From the NCBI RefSeq assembly GCF_900289195.1, contig NZ_OMOH01000006.1:148318-180317 (forward strand): 32,000 bases of DNA, given 5' to 3'. Below the pieces are notes generated by a model. It was not told the DNA's origin. It searched no databases and saw only the letters and a list, made by a program, of their open reading frames with translations. Source of the DNA: Propionibacterium ruminifibrarum. Its GTDB lineage: Bacteria > Actinomycetota > Actinomycetes > Propionibacteriales > Propionibacteriaceae. The stretch's first letter is position 1. Each line of letters starts with the position of its first letter. Shown one piece after another: positions 1 to 9,591 of this stretch. Position numbers and translations under genes: made by a program.

Positions 1-825
1 CCCCCCGGGGAGGTCACCTTCTCGACCAGCGAGGAGGCCAATCAGGAGTGGCTCGACCGGTTCAACCGGGTCAGGGAACTCATCAGGGGCGGGCACGCGG
101 ACCGGGTCGTCCTGCTGCGTCAGCTCGATGCCCTGGCGTCGGGGGAACTCGACCCCCGATGGGTGCTGCACCGGTGGCAGCTGAACTACGGCGGCTCGTG
201 GACCTACCTGGTGGGCGGGCTCGTCGGGGCGACCCACGAGGTCATGGTGCGCCGCAGCGGCGGCCTGACCGTCACGCGGATCCTCGCCGGGTCCGTTCAG
301 ACCCTCGGCGGTGTGGACGAGGCCACCCAGACCGCGCAGCTGCTGTCCAGCGGCGACCGGCTGGCCCAGCACCACCACGCCGTCGCGGCGGCCGCCGATT
401 CGCTGCGGCCCTTCATGACGGGCATGCACGTGCCCGGCCAGCCCTTCGCCCTCGCACTGCCCGATGGCCTCAACCTGGCCACCGACATCTGCGGCGTGGC
501 CTCGCCGGGCCACTCGTGCCTGGCGCTCGCCTCCGCCCTGCACCCGCTGGCATCGACCACGGGCTCGCCCGTCGAAGCGGCCCGGCGGGTCATCGACGAG
601 GCGAGCCCGGTCGACCGCGGCCGCTTCGGCGCCCCGGTCGGCTGGATCGACGCCCAGGGCGACGGCGAGTGGTTCGCCGCGCTGCGCGCCTGCCAGATCG
701 GGCAGGACGGAGCCATCCGCCTGTACGCCTCGGCAACGGCCTCGGCGAACACGAGTGCCCACGACAAGCTCGTGTCCACGCAGGTCAAGCTCTCCCAGAT
801 GCGCCGCCTGCTGACCGAGCGCTGA
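1..825 (+). CDS. menF: isochorismate synthase, C-terminal part (5' end lies outside the window)
   Basis: Frame 1 is open from nt 1; the track ORF 163..825 only begins at an internal GTG. It has the chorismate-binding-enzyme C-terminal pattern (GRFGAPVGWIDAQGDGEWFAALRAC). menG and menA are nearby. Confidence 0.85.
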   Translation, partial: PPGEVTFSTSEEANQEWLDRFNRVRELIRGGHADRVVLLRQLDALASGELDPRWVLHRWQLNYGGSWTYLVGGLVGATHEVMVRRSGGLTVTRILAGSVQTLGGVDEATQTAQLLSSGDRLAQHHHAVAAAADSLRPFMTGMHVPGQPFALALPDGLNLATDICGVASPGHSCLALASALHPLASTTGSPVEAARRVIDEASPVDRGRFGAPVGWIDAQGDGEWFAALRACQIGQDGAIRLYASATASANTSAHDKLVSTQVKLSQMRRLLTER

Positions 826-851
826 GCCGGTGGCCGCGGCCGGCCACGGGC

Positions 852-2342
852 TCAGGCCCCGAACGGCATGCCGGCCGCGCCCGGGGCGAGGTTGACGAGG
901 ATGTTCTTCGTCTGCTGGTAGGCGTCGAGGATCATCTTGTGGGTCTCGCGCCCGATGCCGCTGTCCTTGTACCCGCCGAACGGGGCCCCTGCCGGGAAGG
1001 CGTTGTACTGGTTGATCCAGACGCGACCGGTGCGCACGCCTGTGGCGACCCGCAGGGCGCGGCCCAGATCGCTGCTGAACACGCCACCGCCCAGCCCGTA
1101 GTCGGAGTCGTTGGCCATGGCGATGACATCGTCCTCGTCCTTGAAGGGGATGACGACGCCGACGGGGCCGAAGATCTCCTCGCGGGCGATGCGCATGTCG
1201 TTGCGGCCGACGAAGAGCGTGGGCTGCATGAAGGCACCCCTGGCCAGGGGCCCCTGCGTGTACCGTGAGCCGCCGGCGGCGATCTCGGCGCCCTCGGCCT
1301 TGCCGATCTCGACGTAGTCGAGGATCTTGGCGAGCTGGCGCTCGTTGATCTGCGAGCCCATCTGGGTCTGCGGGTCGAGCGGATCGCCCACCTTGACGGC
1401 GGCGAAGGCGTCGGTGAAGGCCGTCATGAAGCGGTCGAGGCAGCTGTCCTGGACGAAGATGCGCGAGCCCGCCGAGCAGACCTGGCCCTGGTTGAACAGG
1501 ATGCCCATCTGGAGGCCGTTGACGGCCACGTCGAGGTCGGCGTCGTCGAAGAAGATGTTGGCGCTCTTGCCGCCCAGTTCCAGGGTGGCAGGGATGATCT
1601 TCTCCGCAGCGGCCAGACCGATGCCCCGCCCCACCTCGGTGGAGCCGGTGAACGCCAGTTTGTCGACATCGGCTGTCTTGAGGTATTCGCCGGAGCGTCC
1701 GCCCGTGCCCGTGATGACGTTGAGCACGCCGGCCGGCAGGATGCCGGCCTCGTCGATGAGGCGCGCCAGCTCGAGCACCGACAGCGATGTGGCGCTCGAG
1801 GGCTTGAAGACGACGGTGTTGCCGGCGACCAGTGCCGGGGCGAGTTTCCACGCGGCCATGAGGAAGGGGAAGTTCCACGGGACGATCTGGCCGATGACGC
1901 CCAGCGGCTCGCGCAGGATGATGCTGAGTGTCCCCGGGTCGATCATCGTGGCAGCGCCCTCGTCGGCACGCATGCAGCCGGCGAAGTACCGGAAGTGGTC
2001 GATGGCCAGGGGCAGGTCGGCCCCGCTGGTCTCGCGGATCGGCTTGCCGTTGTCGAGCGACTCGACGGTGGCGAGATGCTCCGCGTTGGCCTCGACGAGA
2101 TCGGCGATGTCCAGGAGCGCCTTGGACCGGTCGGCGACCGGGGTGCGGGCCCAGCCCTCGAAGGCTCTCCGTGCCGCGGCGGCGGCCGCGTCGACGTCCT
2201 GCCTGGTGGCGTCGGCGATGGCGGCCAGGCGCTCCGCAGTGGCGGGGTTGAGGGAGTCGAGCTCGGCTCCGTCGGCGGCCGGGCGCCATGCGCCGTCGAT
2301 GTACAGGCCGTAGCTGTCCTGAATGGTTGTCCTGTCGTTCAT
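852..2342 (-). CDS. NAD(P)-dependent aldehyde dehydrogenase
   Basis: ALDH family motifs are present: FTGSTEVG, ELGGKSA, and the catalytic Cys in NQGQVCSAGSR. I moved the start from the track GTG at 2405 to the ATG at 2342 (MNDRTT...), which is preceded by AAGGAG. Confidence 0.9.
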   Translation of the reverse strand: MNDRTTIQDSYGLYIDGAWRPAADGAELDSLNPATAERLAAIADATRQDVDAAAAAARRAFEGWARTPVADRSKALLDIADLVEANAEHLATVESLDNGKPIRETSGADLPLAIDHFRYFAGCMRADEGAATMIDPGTLSIILREPLGVIGQIVPWNFPFLMAAWKLAPALVAGNTVVFKPSSATSLSVLELARLIDEAGILPAGVLNVITGTGGRSGEYLKTADVDKLAFTGSTEVGRGIGLAAAEKIIPATLELGGKSANIFFDDADLDVAVNGLQMGILFNQGQVCSAGSRIFVQDSCLDRFMTAFTDAFAAVKVGDPLDPQTQMGSQINERQLAKILDYVEIGKAEGAEIAAGGSRYTQGPLARGAFMQPTLFVGRNDMRIAREEIFGPVGVVIPFKDEDDVIAMANDSDYGLGGGVFSSDLGRALRVATGVRTGRVWINQYNAFPAGAPFGGYKDSGIGRETHKMILDAYQQTKNILVNLAPGAAGMPFGA

Positions 2343-2589
2343 CGGGTTCTCCTTACGGGATCGCAGGTGACCCGTCGACCGCGACGTGCTCCACTCCGCA
2401 CGCACCCGCCGTGTGATCCGGAACGTGTTCTGAGCGCCGCCCCTGCGGGTGCGGCGTCACCGGGGCGGAGCCACCACGATCGGCATCCCTCGGGCGGCTC
2501 CTGCTGTGCCTCCCACCGTAGGCCGCGCCGATCGGTCCGGTCACCGGCCTTTCGCCACCAGCGCATCAGGCCGGCTGCGGCGCTGGGGG

Positions 2590-2618
2590 CGGACCGGGCG
2601 GCAGGATCCCCCGGTCCG
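2590..2618 (-). terminator. candidate hairpin terminator just after the stop of the 2622..4445 gene
   Basis: A 9-bp perfect stem (cggaccggg / cccggtccg) with an 11-nt loop starts 4 nt downstream of the stop codon. There is no U-tract. Confidence 0.3.
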
Positions 2619-2621
2619 GGT

Positions 2622-4445
2622 TCAGGTCCTGAGCCGCGGGCGCGACCGTCCGGCGGACCCGGTCAGCGGGGGACGCGTGCGACCGTTCGAGGTGGAGCGT
2701 GAGATGACCTGTTTGGTGCGCGGGGCCCGCCCGCTGCGGGACTCCGCGCGGGCCTTCTCCAGCTCACGACGGGACTCGGCCTGTGCCTCCAGCAGTTCCT
2801 CCTGGTTGAGGGACGCGCCGGAACGCAGGATCACCCAGGCGACGATCGCGATGACCGCCGAGATGATCGGCGACCAGTTCATGACGAGCGGGAAGTTGAC
2901 CAGCACCACCATGTCGAGGCCGCGCACCATGTTGAACATGAGGCTCGGCGGCACGGCACCGGCACCGGTGGCGACCATCGGGGCACTGTAGTCGGCCGAC
3001 TTCGCGCTGACCCAGCGCATGGCGCCCAGCACACCGCCCACGGCGGCGATGACGCCGTACCAGACCGTCCTGCCCGGGTCGGGCTGGGAACCGCCCAGTC
3101 CCAGGACGAAGGCGGGAGTCACGGCGATGGCCCACCCGAGGGCGAGGACGCCGGGCACCACGAGTACCGCGTCGCGCAGTTCCGCGTCACTCATCGGGAA
3201 CAGGCGGGCGAGGCCCTTGGTCCGGCTGAGCACGCGCATCGAGTCGAGGAACGGCACGATGACGACCATCAGGACCAGCGAGGACAGGAACGGGGCGAAC
3301 GAGACGATGCCCAGCGAGCTGAGCGCGTACGGCACGATCACGGCGATCGCCAGGCCGACGAGCGGGATGGGGTTGCGGCGCAGCCGGTGGATGTCGCGCC
3401 AGATGAGCGCGCGGGTCCCCCTGCCGCGGCCCCGGATGACGGCGACGTGGCCCTTCAGCTGGTAGCGGCGCTCGATGAGGATGTCACGCATGAGCGCGAA
3501 GTCGAGGGCGAAGGCGGCGCCCTGCATGCCCGAGACGAGTTCGCCGCCGCTGACGAGACGGGCGCGCCCGATGTTGCTCAGCCGACGCCGCGCGACGACC
3601 GAGGCGAGGACGCACAGCACCAGGCCCACGCCGCAGATGGCCCAGGCGATGCGGGTGGACACCATCGTGGTGATGCCGAGGGCGAACCAGCCGCTGGCCG
3701 TCGCGATCACGGTGAGCAGGATGGCCACTGCGAACGAGCCGACGAGCAGCTGGGCCACGCGGACCGCGCGGTCCTTCTCGGCGCCCTGCTGTGCGGCCGC
3801 GAAGGACATCCACCCGGTGGTCGTCAGCCCGGTGGCGACGGTCCAGGCGAGGACGGAGTCCCCGCCCAGGCCGGTGAGGGCGGTGACGAGAGCGCTGAGC
3901 GCCGCGGCGACCAGGCCGGCCCCGACGACCATCATCCACAGTCGGCGGGCGAGGACCGCCGAGCGCCGCAGCGGCGCGTCGAGCAGCCAAAAACCCTCCG
4001 CGGCCGAGGCGATGACCGGACCGAAGACGCGGCTGGCGGCCAGGACGATGACCCAGCAGGCGGCGAGGACGAGCCAGCCGATGAGTTCGCGGGCGGTGCT
4101 GCATCCCTCGGTCGTGCAGCCCGCGGCCTGGTTCTGGGCGCTGCGGATGGCGCTGACGACCATCGCGGCGATGATGACGATACTGAAGACCGCGACGTAC
4201 CCGTCGGTGAGGATGGACAGGATCGACCGGGTGGCCCTGCCCTTGCGCCAGTCCTTGACCAGCAGCATGAGCTGGCGTTCGTCGACCTCGCCCCGGCCGT
4301 AGCCGTCGACGTCGGCGAACGGGTAGTCGGGGTCGAACCCGGCCACCGGCTCGGTCATCTCGGCGGCCGGCGCAGCGGCCTGCGGCGGTGTCTGCTGGGC
4401 CGGGCCCCGTCTGGTCCTGCGGCGCTTGTTCTTCGACCTGCTCAT
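2622..4445 (-). CDS. polytopic membrane protein partnered with an ABC ATPase (uncharacterised permease-like protein)
   Basis: It encodes 607 aa with a Lys/Arg-rich N-terminus ([13 protein letters not shown]) followed by many hydrophobic helices. Its ATG overlaps the upstream ATPase stop as ATGA (4442-4445). The upstream part of track ORF 2622..5186 is off-frame shadow of the ATPase gene. Confidence 0.7.
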   Translation of the reverse strand: MSRSKNKRRRTRRGPAQQTPPQAAAPAAEMTEPVAGFDPDYPFADVDGYGRGEVDERQLMLLVKDWRKGRATRSILSILTDGYVAVFSIVIIAAMVVSAIRSAQNQAAGCTTEGCSTARELIGWLVLAACWVIVLAASRVFGPVIASAAEGFWLLDAPLRRSAVLARRLWMMVVGAGLVAAALSALVTALTGLGGDSVLAWTVATGLTTTGWMSFAAAQQGAEKDRAVRVAQLLVGSFAVAILLTVIATASGWFALGITTMVSTRIAWAICGVGLVLCVLASVVARRRLSNIGRARLVSGGELVSGMQGAAFALDFALMRDILIERRYQLKGHVAVIRGRGRGTRALIWRDIHRLRRNPIPLVGLAIAVIVPYALSSLGIVSFAPFLSSLVLMVVIVPFLDSMRVLSRTKGLARLFPMSDAELRDAVLVVPGVLALGWAIAVTPAFVLGLGGSQPDPGRTVWYGVIAAVGGVLGAMRWVSAKSADYSAPMVATGAGAVPPSLMFNMVRGLDMVVLVNFPLVMNWSPIISAVIAIVAWVILRSGASLNQEELLEAQAESRRELEKARAESRSGRAPRTKQVISRSTSNGRTRPPLTGSAGRSRPRLRT

Positions 4446-5125
4446 GCGAGCTGCTCCGGTTCGGCCAGGGACTGGCTCGTCGTCTCGGTGGCGCCGACGC
4501 GGACGACGCGCGCCCCGACGGCCTCGACGAGCGAGGGCTCGTGGCTGGCCATGATGATGGCCAGGCCGTTGCCGTCCTTCTCGTGGCGCAGCCGTTTGCC
4601 CAGCCAGTCGATGCCCTCGACATCGAGACGCTGCTCGGGCTCGTCGAGCACCAGGAGTTTCTTGGGGCGCACGAAGGCCGTGGCCAGGGCGAGACGGCGA
4701 CGCTGGCCGCTGGACAGGGTGCCGGGCAGCTGGCCGGACTGCGGGACGAGCTGGACCTCCTCGAGGATGGCGTCGACGAGTTCGTCGGGGTCCTCCAGGC
4801 CGTGGGCGCGGGCGAGCAGGTCGAGGTGCTCGACGACGGACAGGTCCGGGAAGAAATCGAGATCGTCGATGACGGTGGCGACGTTGCGCCGGAACACGGG
4901 GTCGGTGTCCCTCGCCTTCTCGCCGAGCACCTCGATGAGTCCGTCGGTGGGCTTGTCGGAGCCGACGATGCACCGCAGGATCGTCGACTTGCCCGAGCCG
5001 TTGCGGCCGGTCAGGGCGACCGCCTCGCCCTCGTGGACGTCGAGGCTGAAGTGGGAGACGATCGTGTTGTCCCCGTACTTCTTCGCCAGATTGCTGATTC
5101 TCAGAACCGTGGAGCGCCGTGCCAT
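4442..5125 (-). CDS. ABC transporter ATP-binding protein
   Basis: Walker [10 protein letters not shown], signature LSSGQRRRL and Walker B LLVLDEPE are present. The start is set at [13 protein letters not shown] (5125); MDPMARR at 5134 is also possible. The track start at 5419 runs antisense into menG. Confidence 0.9.
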   Translation of the reverse strand: MARRSTVLRISNLAKKYGDNTIVSHFSLDVHEGEAVALTGRNGSGKSTILRCIVGSDKPTDGLIEVLGEKARDTDPVFRRNVATVIDDLDFFPDLSVVEHLDLLARAHGLEDPDELVDAILEEVQLVPQSGQLPGTLSSGQRRRLALATAFVRPKKLLVLDEPEQRLDVEGIDWLGKRLRHEKDGNGLAIIMASHEPSLVEAVGARVVRVGATETTSQSLAEPEQLA

Positions 5126-5216
5126 GGGGTCCATTGTGCTGCATGCGCCGACACGGGCGCACCACGTGAGCTCCCGGCGGGCACACGCACGGGGCGCGTC
5201 ACCGGCACCTGTCACA

Positions 5217-5921
5217 ATGAGGACCGTGGCAAGCAGAGCGAATCTTGACAGGGACCGCGCCGAGGTCGCCGGCATGTTCGACGAGACCGCACCCAAGTAC
5301 GACCTCATGAACGATGTGATGAGTCTGGGCCGCGACCGCGCGTGGCGCCGCGAGGTCGTGCGCGCCCTGGCGGTCGCCCCCGGAGAGCGCGTGCTCGACC
5401 TGGCCGCCGGCACCGGCACCTCGTCCGCGCCCTTCGTCCGGGCAGGCGCGACGGTCTACCCCACCGACCTGTCGATGGGCATGCTGCGCACCGGCAAGCA
5501 GCGCCAGCCGCGACTGGAGTTCGTCTGCGGCGACGCCATGAGGCTGCCCTACGGGGATGGGGTCTTCGACGCCGCGACGATCAGCTTCGGCCTGCGCAAC
5601 ATCGAGGACACTCTCGGCGCCCTGCGCGAGCTGCGCCGTGTCACCCGCGACGGCGGTCGCCTCGTCATCTGCGAGTTCAGCCGGCCCACCTGGGGGCCCT
5701 TCCGGTGGGCCTACCAGAGCGTCTACCTGACGCACGTCATGCCACTCATGAGCCGGGTGAGCGCCAACCCGGTGTCCTACGACTACCTGGCCGAGACCAT
5801 CCTGGCCTGGCACGACCAGCCGCATCTCGCCGAGATCATGGAGCGGGCCGGTTGGGGCCGGGTCGCCTGGCGCGACCTCACGGGCGGCATCGTCGCCCTG
5901 CACCGCGGGCTGGCGATCTGA
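5217..5921 (+). CDS. menG: demethylmenaquinone methyltransferase (UbiE/MenG family)
   Basis: It has the SAM-binding motif VLDLAAGTG and the UbiE-family pattern ([18 protein letters not shown]). It forms the 3' part of the long track ORF 3387..5921. The ATG at 5217 is in frame. Confidence 0.9.
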   Translation: MRTVASRANLDRDRAEVAGMFDETAPKYDLMNDVMSLGRDRAWRREVVRALAVAPGERVLDLAAGTGTSSAPFVRAGATVYPTDLSMGMLRTGKQRQPRLEFVCGDAMRLPYGDGVFDAATISFGLRNIEDTLGALRELRRVTRDGGRLVICEFSRPTWGPFRWAYQSVYLTHVMPLMSRVSANPVSYDYLAETILAWHDQPHLAEIMERAGWGRVAWRDLTGGIVALHRGLAI

Positions 5922-5924
5922 GCG

Positions 5925-7772
5925 ATGAGCAGATCGGCCAGGCACCGCGCTGATGCGCCGGGCCCGTCCGCGCCCGGCGAGAGCACCCCGGCCGATCCCA
6001 CCGGCCTGATACTGCTCGGCGCCGACGCGGCGGTCACCTGCCCGGTCAGGACGCACAACCGTTTCGACCCCACGGTCCCCGACCCGCCGCCGGACGCAAC
6101 CGGGTCGACCGGGTGGCCGCCCGGAGGGCCGCCGGCGGACCGACGAGCCGCCATGGCCTTCCGGCGACGCATCCTCGACACCCTGGCCGCCATGCCCAGG
6201 GCCGTGGACCTGCGCCAGATGGGACCCGACCGGGCGGGCAGGCTCCGGGCGACCACGAGGGCCGTGGCCGCCGGGCGGCGCATCATCATCGGCCCGGCCC
6301 TGCCGCCCGATGTGACCGGCCGACGTACCGGCGAGCCCGATGCGATCGTCCTCGGCGAGCCGACGACGGCCGGCGGGCACGGCTACGACCCGGTCCTCGT
6401 CGTGCGCCACCAGGTGCTCGAGCAGGCGTCCCCCCTCGCACGCCAGCGGGTGAGCTCGCTGGCGCGCAACCTGCGCCTGGTCCGCCTGCGGGGCGCGACC
6501 GTGCGCCATGGACGCGGGCCGGACCTGCTGCGCCTGGCGCACTACCGCCGCATCCTCCAGGCCGCCGGCTGGGCCAGCGGCGGGCCCGCCTACGGCGGCC
6601 TGATCGGCACCGATCACGTCCGGTACGACCGGGGCGCCGCCACGGTGCAACCCGCCTCGCCGCGGCACACCCCGCCGGCCGCCCACCTGGCGCTCGTCTG
6701 GGCCGACCTCGGGGCTCGTCGCCTGCGCACGGAGGCCCGCACGGCGCAGCGCGGCTGGCGCACCCACTCCGCCCTTGCCCGCTACGACCACGAGTTCGGG
6801 TTCCGACGCAAGATCGCCCTCGAGGCGTCCGAACGGACTCCCGCAACGACGAGGGCGCCACGGGTATGGCCCATCGTCACCGCCGAGTGCCAGAGCTGCC
6901 CGTGGTGGTCGCACTGCCGTCGGCTGCTGGCCGACGACGACCTGAGCCTGCGCATCGACAAGGCCCGTCTGGGGCCGCAGGAGGTCAGCCTGCTGCGCTC
7001 CATGGGCATCTGGACGATCACCGACCTGGCCGGCCGCAACATCGACGACCTCATCGGGTCACTGCACTCCAGGCTGCGCCGCCCCGACGAGTCGGCCCGG
7101 CGCATGAGGCTGGCCGCCCGCCGGGCCCGCATGCTCGCCACCGGCCGTTCCGTGGAGCGCACCACCCGCGGCCCGTTGCCTCTTCCGCCCGAGGGCTACG
7201 CGATCGACCTCGACATCGAGACGAGCGCGGACGACACCGTCTACCTGTGGGGTTTCCTCGTGGACGACCCGCAGGAGCGGTCCGGGCCCCGGTACGTCTC
7301 GTTCGCCCGGTTCACCGACCTCGACCGGGCCGGGGAGCGGAGGCTGGCGCACGAGGCGCTGGCCTGGCTGGACGAGCAGCTCACCGCCCACCCGCAGGCC
7401 CGCGTCTACCACTACTCCGACTACGAGGTCGTGCACATCGAACGCATCGCGCGCACCAGCGGCGACCCCGTCATCACCAAGGTCGCCCGCACCCACTGCC
7501 GGACACGGTTCTTCGACCTCTTCGCCGTGGTCCGCGCCAACTTCTTCGGCGTGCACGGTCTCGGCCTCAAACGCATCGCCCACGACGGAGCCGGGTTCAG
7601 CTGGCGGGACGAGGACCCGGGCGGACTCAACTCGCAGACCTGGTTCGACGAGGCGGTCCACGCCGACGAGGCCGAGCACCGGCAGGAGGAGGCGCGCCGC
7701 GTGCTGGAGTACAACGAGGACGACGTACGCGCCACCCATGCCCTGCGCGCGTGGCTGCGCACGCTCACCTGA
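5925..7772 (+). CDS. RecB/Cas4-like nuclease with a 4Fe-4S cysteine set, HhH and a C-terminal RNase-H-like (DEDD-type) exonuclease domain (TM0106-type architecture)
   Basis: Cysteines follow the C...CxxCx5C pattern (AAVTCPV ... ECQSCPWWSHC). An HhH-like segment (LLRSMGIWTITDLAG) is present. The C-terminal acidic motifs are DLDIETS, YHYSDYE and YNEDDV. The gene starts 4 nt after the menG stop. Confidence 0.75.
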   Translation: MSRSARHRADAPGPSAPGESTPADPTGLILLGADAAVTCPVRTHNRFDPTVPDPPPDATGSTGWPPGGPPADRRAAMAFRRRILDTLAAMPRAVDLRQMGPDRAGRLRATTRAVAAGRRIIIGPALPPDVTGRRTGEPDAIVLGEPTTAGGHGYDPVLVVRHQVLEQASPLARQRVSSLARNLRLVRLRGATVRHGRGPDLLRLAHYRRILQAAGWASGGPAYGGLIGTDHVRYDRGAATVQPASPRHTPPAAHLALVWADLGARRLRTEARTAQRGWRTHSALARYDHEFGFRRKIALEASERTPATTRAPRVWPIVTAECQSCPWWSHCRRLLADDDLSLRIDKARLGPQEVSLLRSMGIWTITDLAGRNIDDLIGSLHSRLRRPDESARRMRLAARRARMLATGRSVERTTRGPLPLPPEGYAIDLDIETSADDTVYLWGFLVDDPQERSGPRYVSFARFTDLDRAGERRLAHEALAWLDEQLTAHPQARVYHYSDYEVVHIERIARTSGDPVITKVARTHCRTRFFDLFAVVRANFFGVHGLGLKRIAHDGAGFSWRDEDPGGLNSQTWFDEAVHADEAEHRQEEARRVLEYNEDDVRATHALRAWLRTLT

Positions 7773-7789
7773 ACGACGTCACCGGCGTC

Positions 7790-8677
7790 TCAGCCGAGGG
7801 CCGCCCAGATCGCCGTGCCCGCGAGCAGGCCGGCCGAGAAGACGAGTTCGCCCATGCTCGTCAGGCGCAGGGTGGCGACCAGACGCATGCCCCGGGCCCC
7901 GCCCAGGATGATGCGGGCGGCGCCCACGAGCAGGGTGACGCCGAGCAGGCACAGCAGAGCCCACCAGGTGCTCAGCGCTGCGACGAGGACACCGCAGACG
8001 GTCACCGCCGCGACCAGGCCCGCGTAGAGCATCCGAGTGGCCGGCTCGCCAAGGCGCGTCTCGAGGGTGCGCTTGCCGGCGGCGGTGTCCGAGGCGATGT
8101 CCCGCAGATTGTTTGTCACGAGCACGCCGTCGGCGATGAGCCCCATGGCGACGGCGGCGGCCCAGCCGGCCGCGCTGACGCGCCCGTCGAGCAGGTAGAC
8201 GGTGCCCGCGGTGGCGACCAGTCCGAAGAAGATGAAGACGAAGACCTCGCCCAGCCCCAGGTAGCCGTAGGGATGCCTGCCGCCGGTGTAGAACCAGGCG
8301 GCCAGGACGCAGGCGACACCGACGATCAGCAGCCACCAGTGCCCGGTGACGGCAACGGCCACCAGCCCGGCCACGCCGGAGACGCCGAAGCAGCCGAAGG
8401 CGGCGTTGCGCACCGTCGTGGGATCGGCGGCCCCCGAGCCGACGAGCCGCTGCGGGCCGACGCGATGATCGTCGGTGCCGCGGACGCCGTCGGAGTAGTC
8501 GTTGGCGAAGTTGACGCCGATGACCAGGCCGAGTGCGATGACCAGGCACAGGGCGACGACGTGGAGCGGTGCCCTGCCCTGCCACCAGCCGATCGCCGTT
8601 CCCGCCACGACCGGCGAGACCGCGGTGGGCAGGGTGCGCATGCGTGCTCCTTCAATCCATTCAGCGGCGCTGGCCAT
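7790..8677 (-). CDS. menA: 1,4-dihydroxy-2-naphthoate polyprenyltransferase
   Basis: It has the UbiA prenyltransferase Asp-rich motif (NDYSDGVRGTDD) and multiple TM helices. The start is set at MASAAEWIEG (8677). The upstream part of track ORF 7790..9070 runs antisense to the neighbouring small gene. Confidence 0.9.
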   Translation of the reverse strand: MASAAEWIEGARMRTLPTAVSPVVAGTAIGWWQGRAPLHVVALCLVIALGLVIGVNFANDYSDGVRGTDDHRVGPQRLVGSGAADPTTVRNAAFGCFGVSGVAGLVAVAVTGHWWLLIVGVACVLAAWFYTGGRHPYGYLGLGEVFVFIFFGLVATAGTVYLLDGRVSAAGWAAAVAMGLIADGVLVTNNLRDIASDTAAGKRTLETRLGEPATRMLYAGLVAAVTVCGVLVAALSTWWALLCLLGVTLLVGAARIILGGARGMRLVATLRLTSMGELVFSAGLLAGTAIWAALG

Positions 8678-8812
8678 GGCCCCCTCGCATCGATCCGGTG
8701 GTCGCGGCGTGCCCGCGGCTCCCAGCCCGATCCTGCCACGCCTTCCGCTGGACCGCCCGCCGGAACGCCGGCGTCCGCCACCGGCCCGCGAGCACCCCGT
8801 AGAATTGAGGCC

Positions 8813-9055
8813 ATGGCACGTCTTCTTCCAGTGCTGGTCCTGCTTGCGCTGACCATCTATGCCATCGTCGACCTGGCCCAGAGCCGCGACGAGAACGTGC
8901 CCTTCATGCCCAAGTGGCTGTGGCTGTTCGTCGTGATCTTCGTCCCGGCGATCGGCCCCCTGGTGTGGATCATCGCCGGGTACAACGCGCGCCGCACGCC
9001 GCCGCCCCGCGACGTGCCCCCGGACGACAACGAGGACTGGCTGCGCCGTCACTGA
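8813..9055 (+). CDS. small two-helix membrane protein, PLD-nuclease-N-terminal (PLDc_N)-like
   Basis: It encodes 80 aa (MARLLPVLVLLALTIYAIVDL...KWLWLFVVIFVPAIGPLVWIIAG) with GAGG upstream of the ATG. It is the only plausible coding part of track ORF 6113..9055. Confidence 0.6.
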   Translation: MARLLPVLVLLALTIYAIVDLAQSRDENVPFMPKWLWLFVVIFVPAIGPLVWIIAGYNARRTPPPRDVPPDDNEDWLRRH

Positions 9056-9171
9056 CGGCAGGACGCGCACGCTCCCTCGTCACGAACGGTGGACGGCATG
9101 ACACGGGCGCCTTCTGTGGCATAGCGTGGGCACGGTCAGTGCCAGAGGCCGCCGCATCGGAAAGGAAACTC

Positions 9172-9522
9172 ATGACGGACGACAGCTACGACGATCTGTA
9201 CAACTCGGACGTCGTCGACCGGGATGGGAAGAAGATCGGCGGGGTCGGTCAGGTCTACCTGGACGACCGGACCGGGCGGCCCACCTGGGTGACGGTCAAG
9301 ACCGGGCTGTTCGGCACCAAGGAGAACTTCGTCCCGCTGTTCAAGGCCGAGATCGACGACGGTCAGATCCATGTGCCCTACACGGAGAGCACCGTCAAGG
9401 ACGCCCCGACGGTCGACCCCGACCGCCACCTCGACTCGGACGAGGAGGCCGACCTGTACAAGTACTACGGCATCACGGCCCAGCGCCCCGGCAAGGACGA
9501 CGAGGACGCCGACACAGACTGA
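9172..9522 (+). CDS. PRC-barrel domain protein
   Basis: The 116-aa product carries the pattern VVDRDGKKIGGVGQVYLDDRTGRPTWVTVKTGLFG...FVPL...HVPY and an acidic C-terminus. GGAAAGGA lies upstream of the ATG. Confidence 0.75.
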   Translation: MTDDSYDDLYNSDVVDRDGKKIGGVGQVYLDDRTGRPTWVTVKTGLFGTKENFVPLFKAEIDDGQIHVPYTESTVKDAPTVDPDRHLDSDEEADLYKYYGITAQRPGKDDEDADTD

Positions 9523-9591
9523 CCGGCGCGCCCGGGAGCCGGCCGGCCTCGGGCAGGCACCGGGCCCAGGTCCGTCACGCGGGCGGCGCGG

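Noticed and set aside
2343-2405. N-terminal extensions suggested by track starts for the aldehyde dehydrogenase (2405) and purF (31382).
   Set aside because: Internal ATGs with good SD sequences (2342) or the canonical short PurF propeptide before the Ntn Cys (31343) give family-typical N-termini.
3387-5216. The upstream 600 codons of the 844-aa track ORF 3387..5921 on the plus strand.
   Set aside because: It runs antisense to the membrane-protein and ABC ATPase genes and is Arg/Gly/Asp/Pro-rich low-complexity sequence, typical of a high-GC shadow frame. Only the last 234 codons (menG) have recognisable motifs.
6113-8812. The 980-aa track ORF 6113..9055 (plus strand) and the 571-aa ORF 5199..6914 (minus strand).
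   Set aside because: They are off-frame or antisense shadows of the nuclease and menA genes, with an extreme Arg/Pro/Gly/Ala composition. Only the terminal 80 codons (8813-9055) look like a real small membrane protein.
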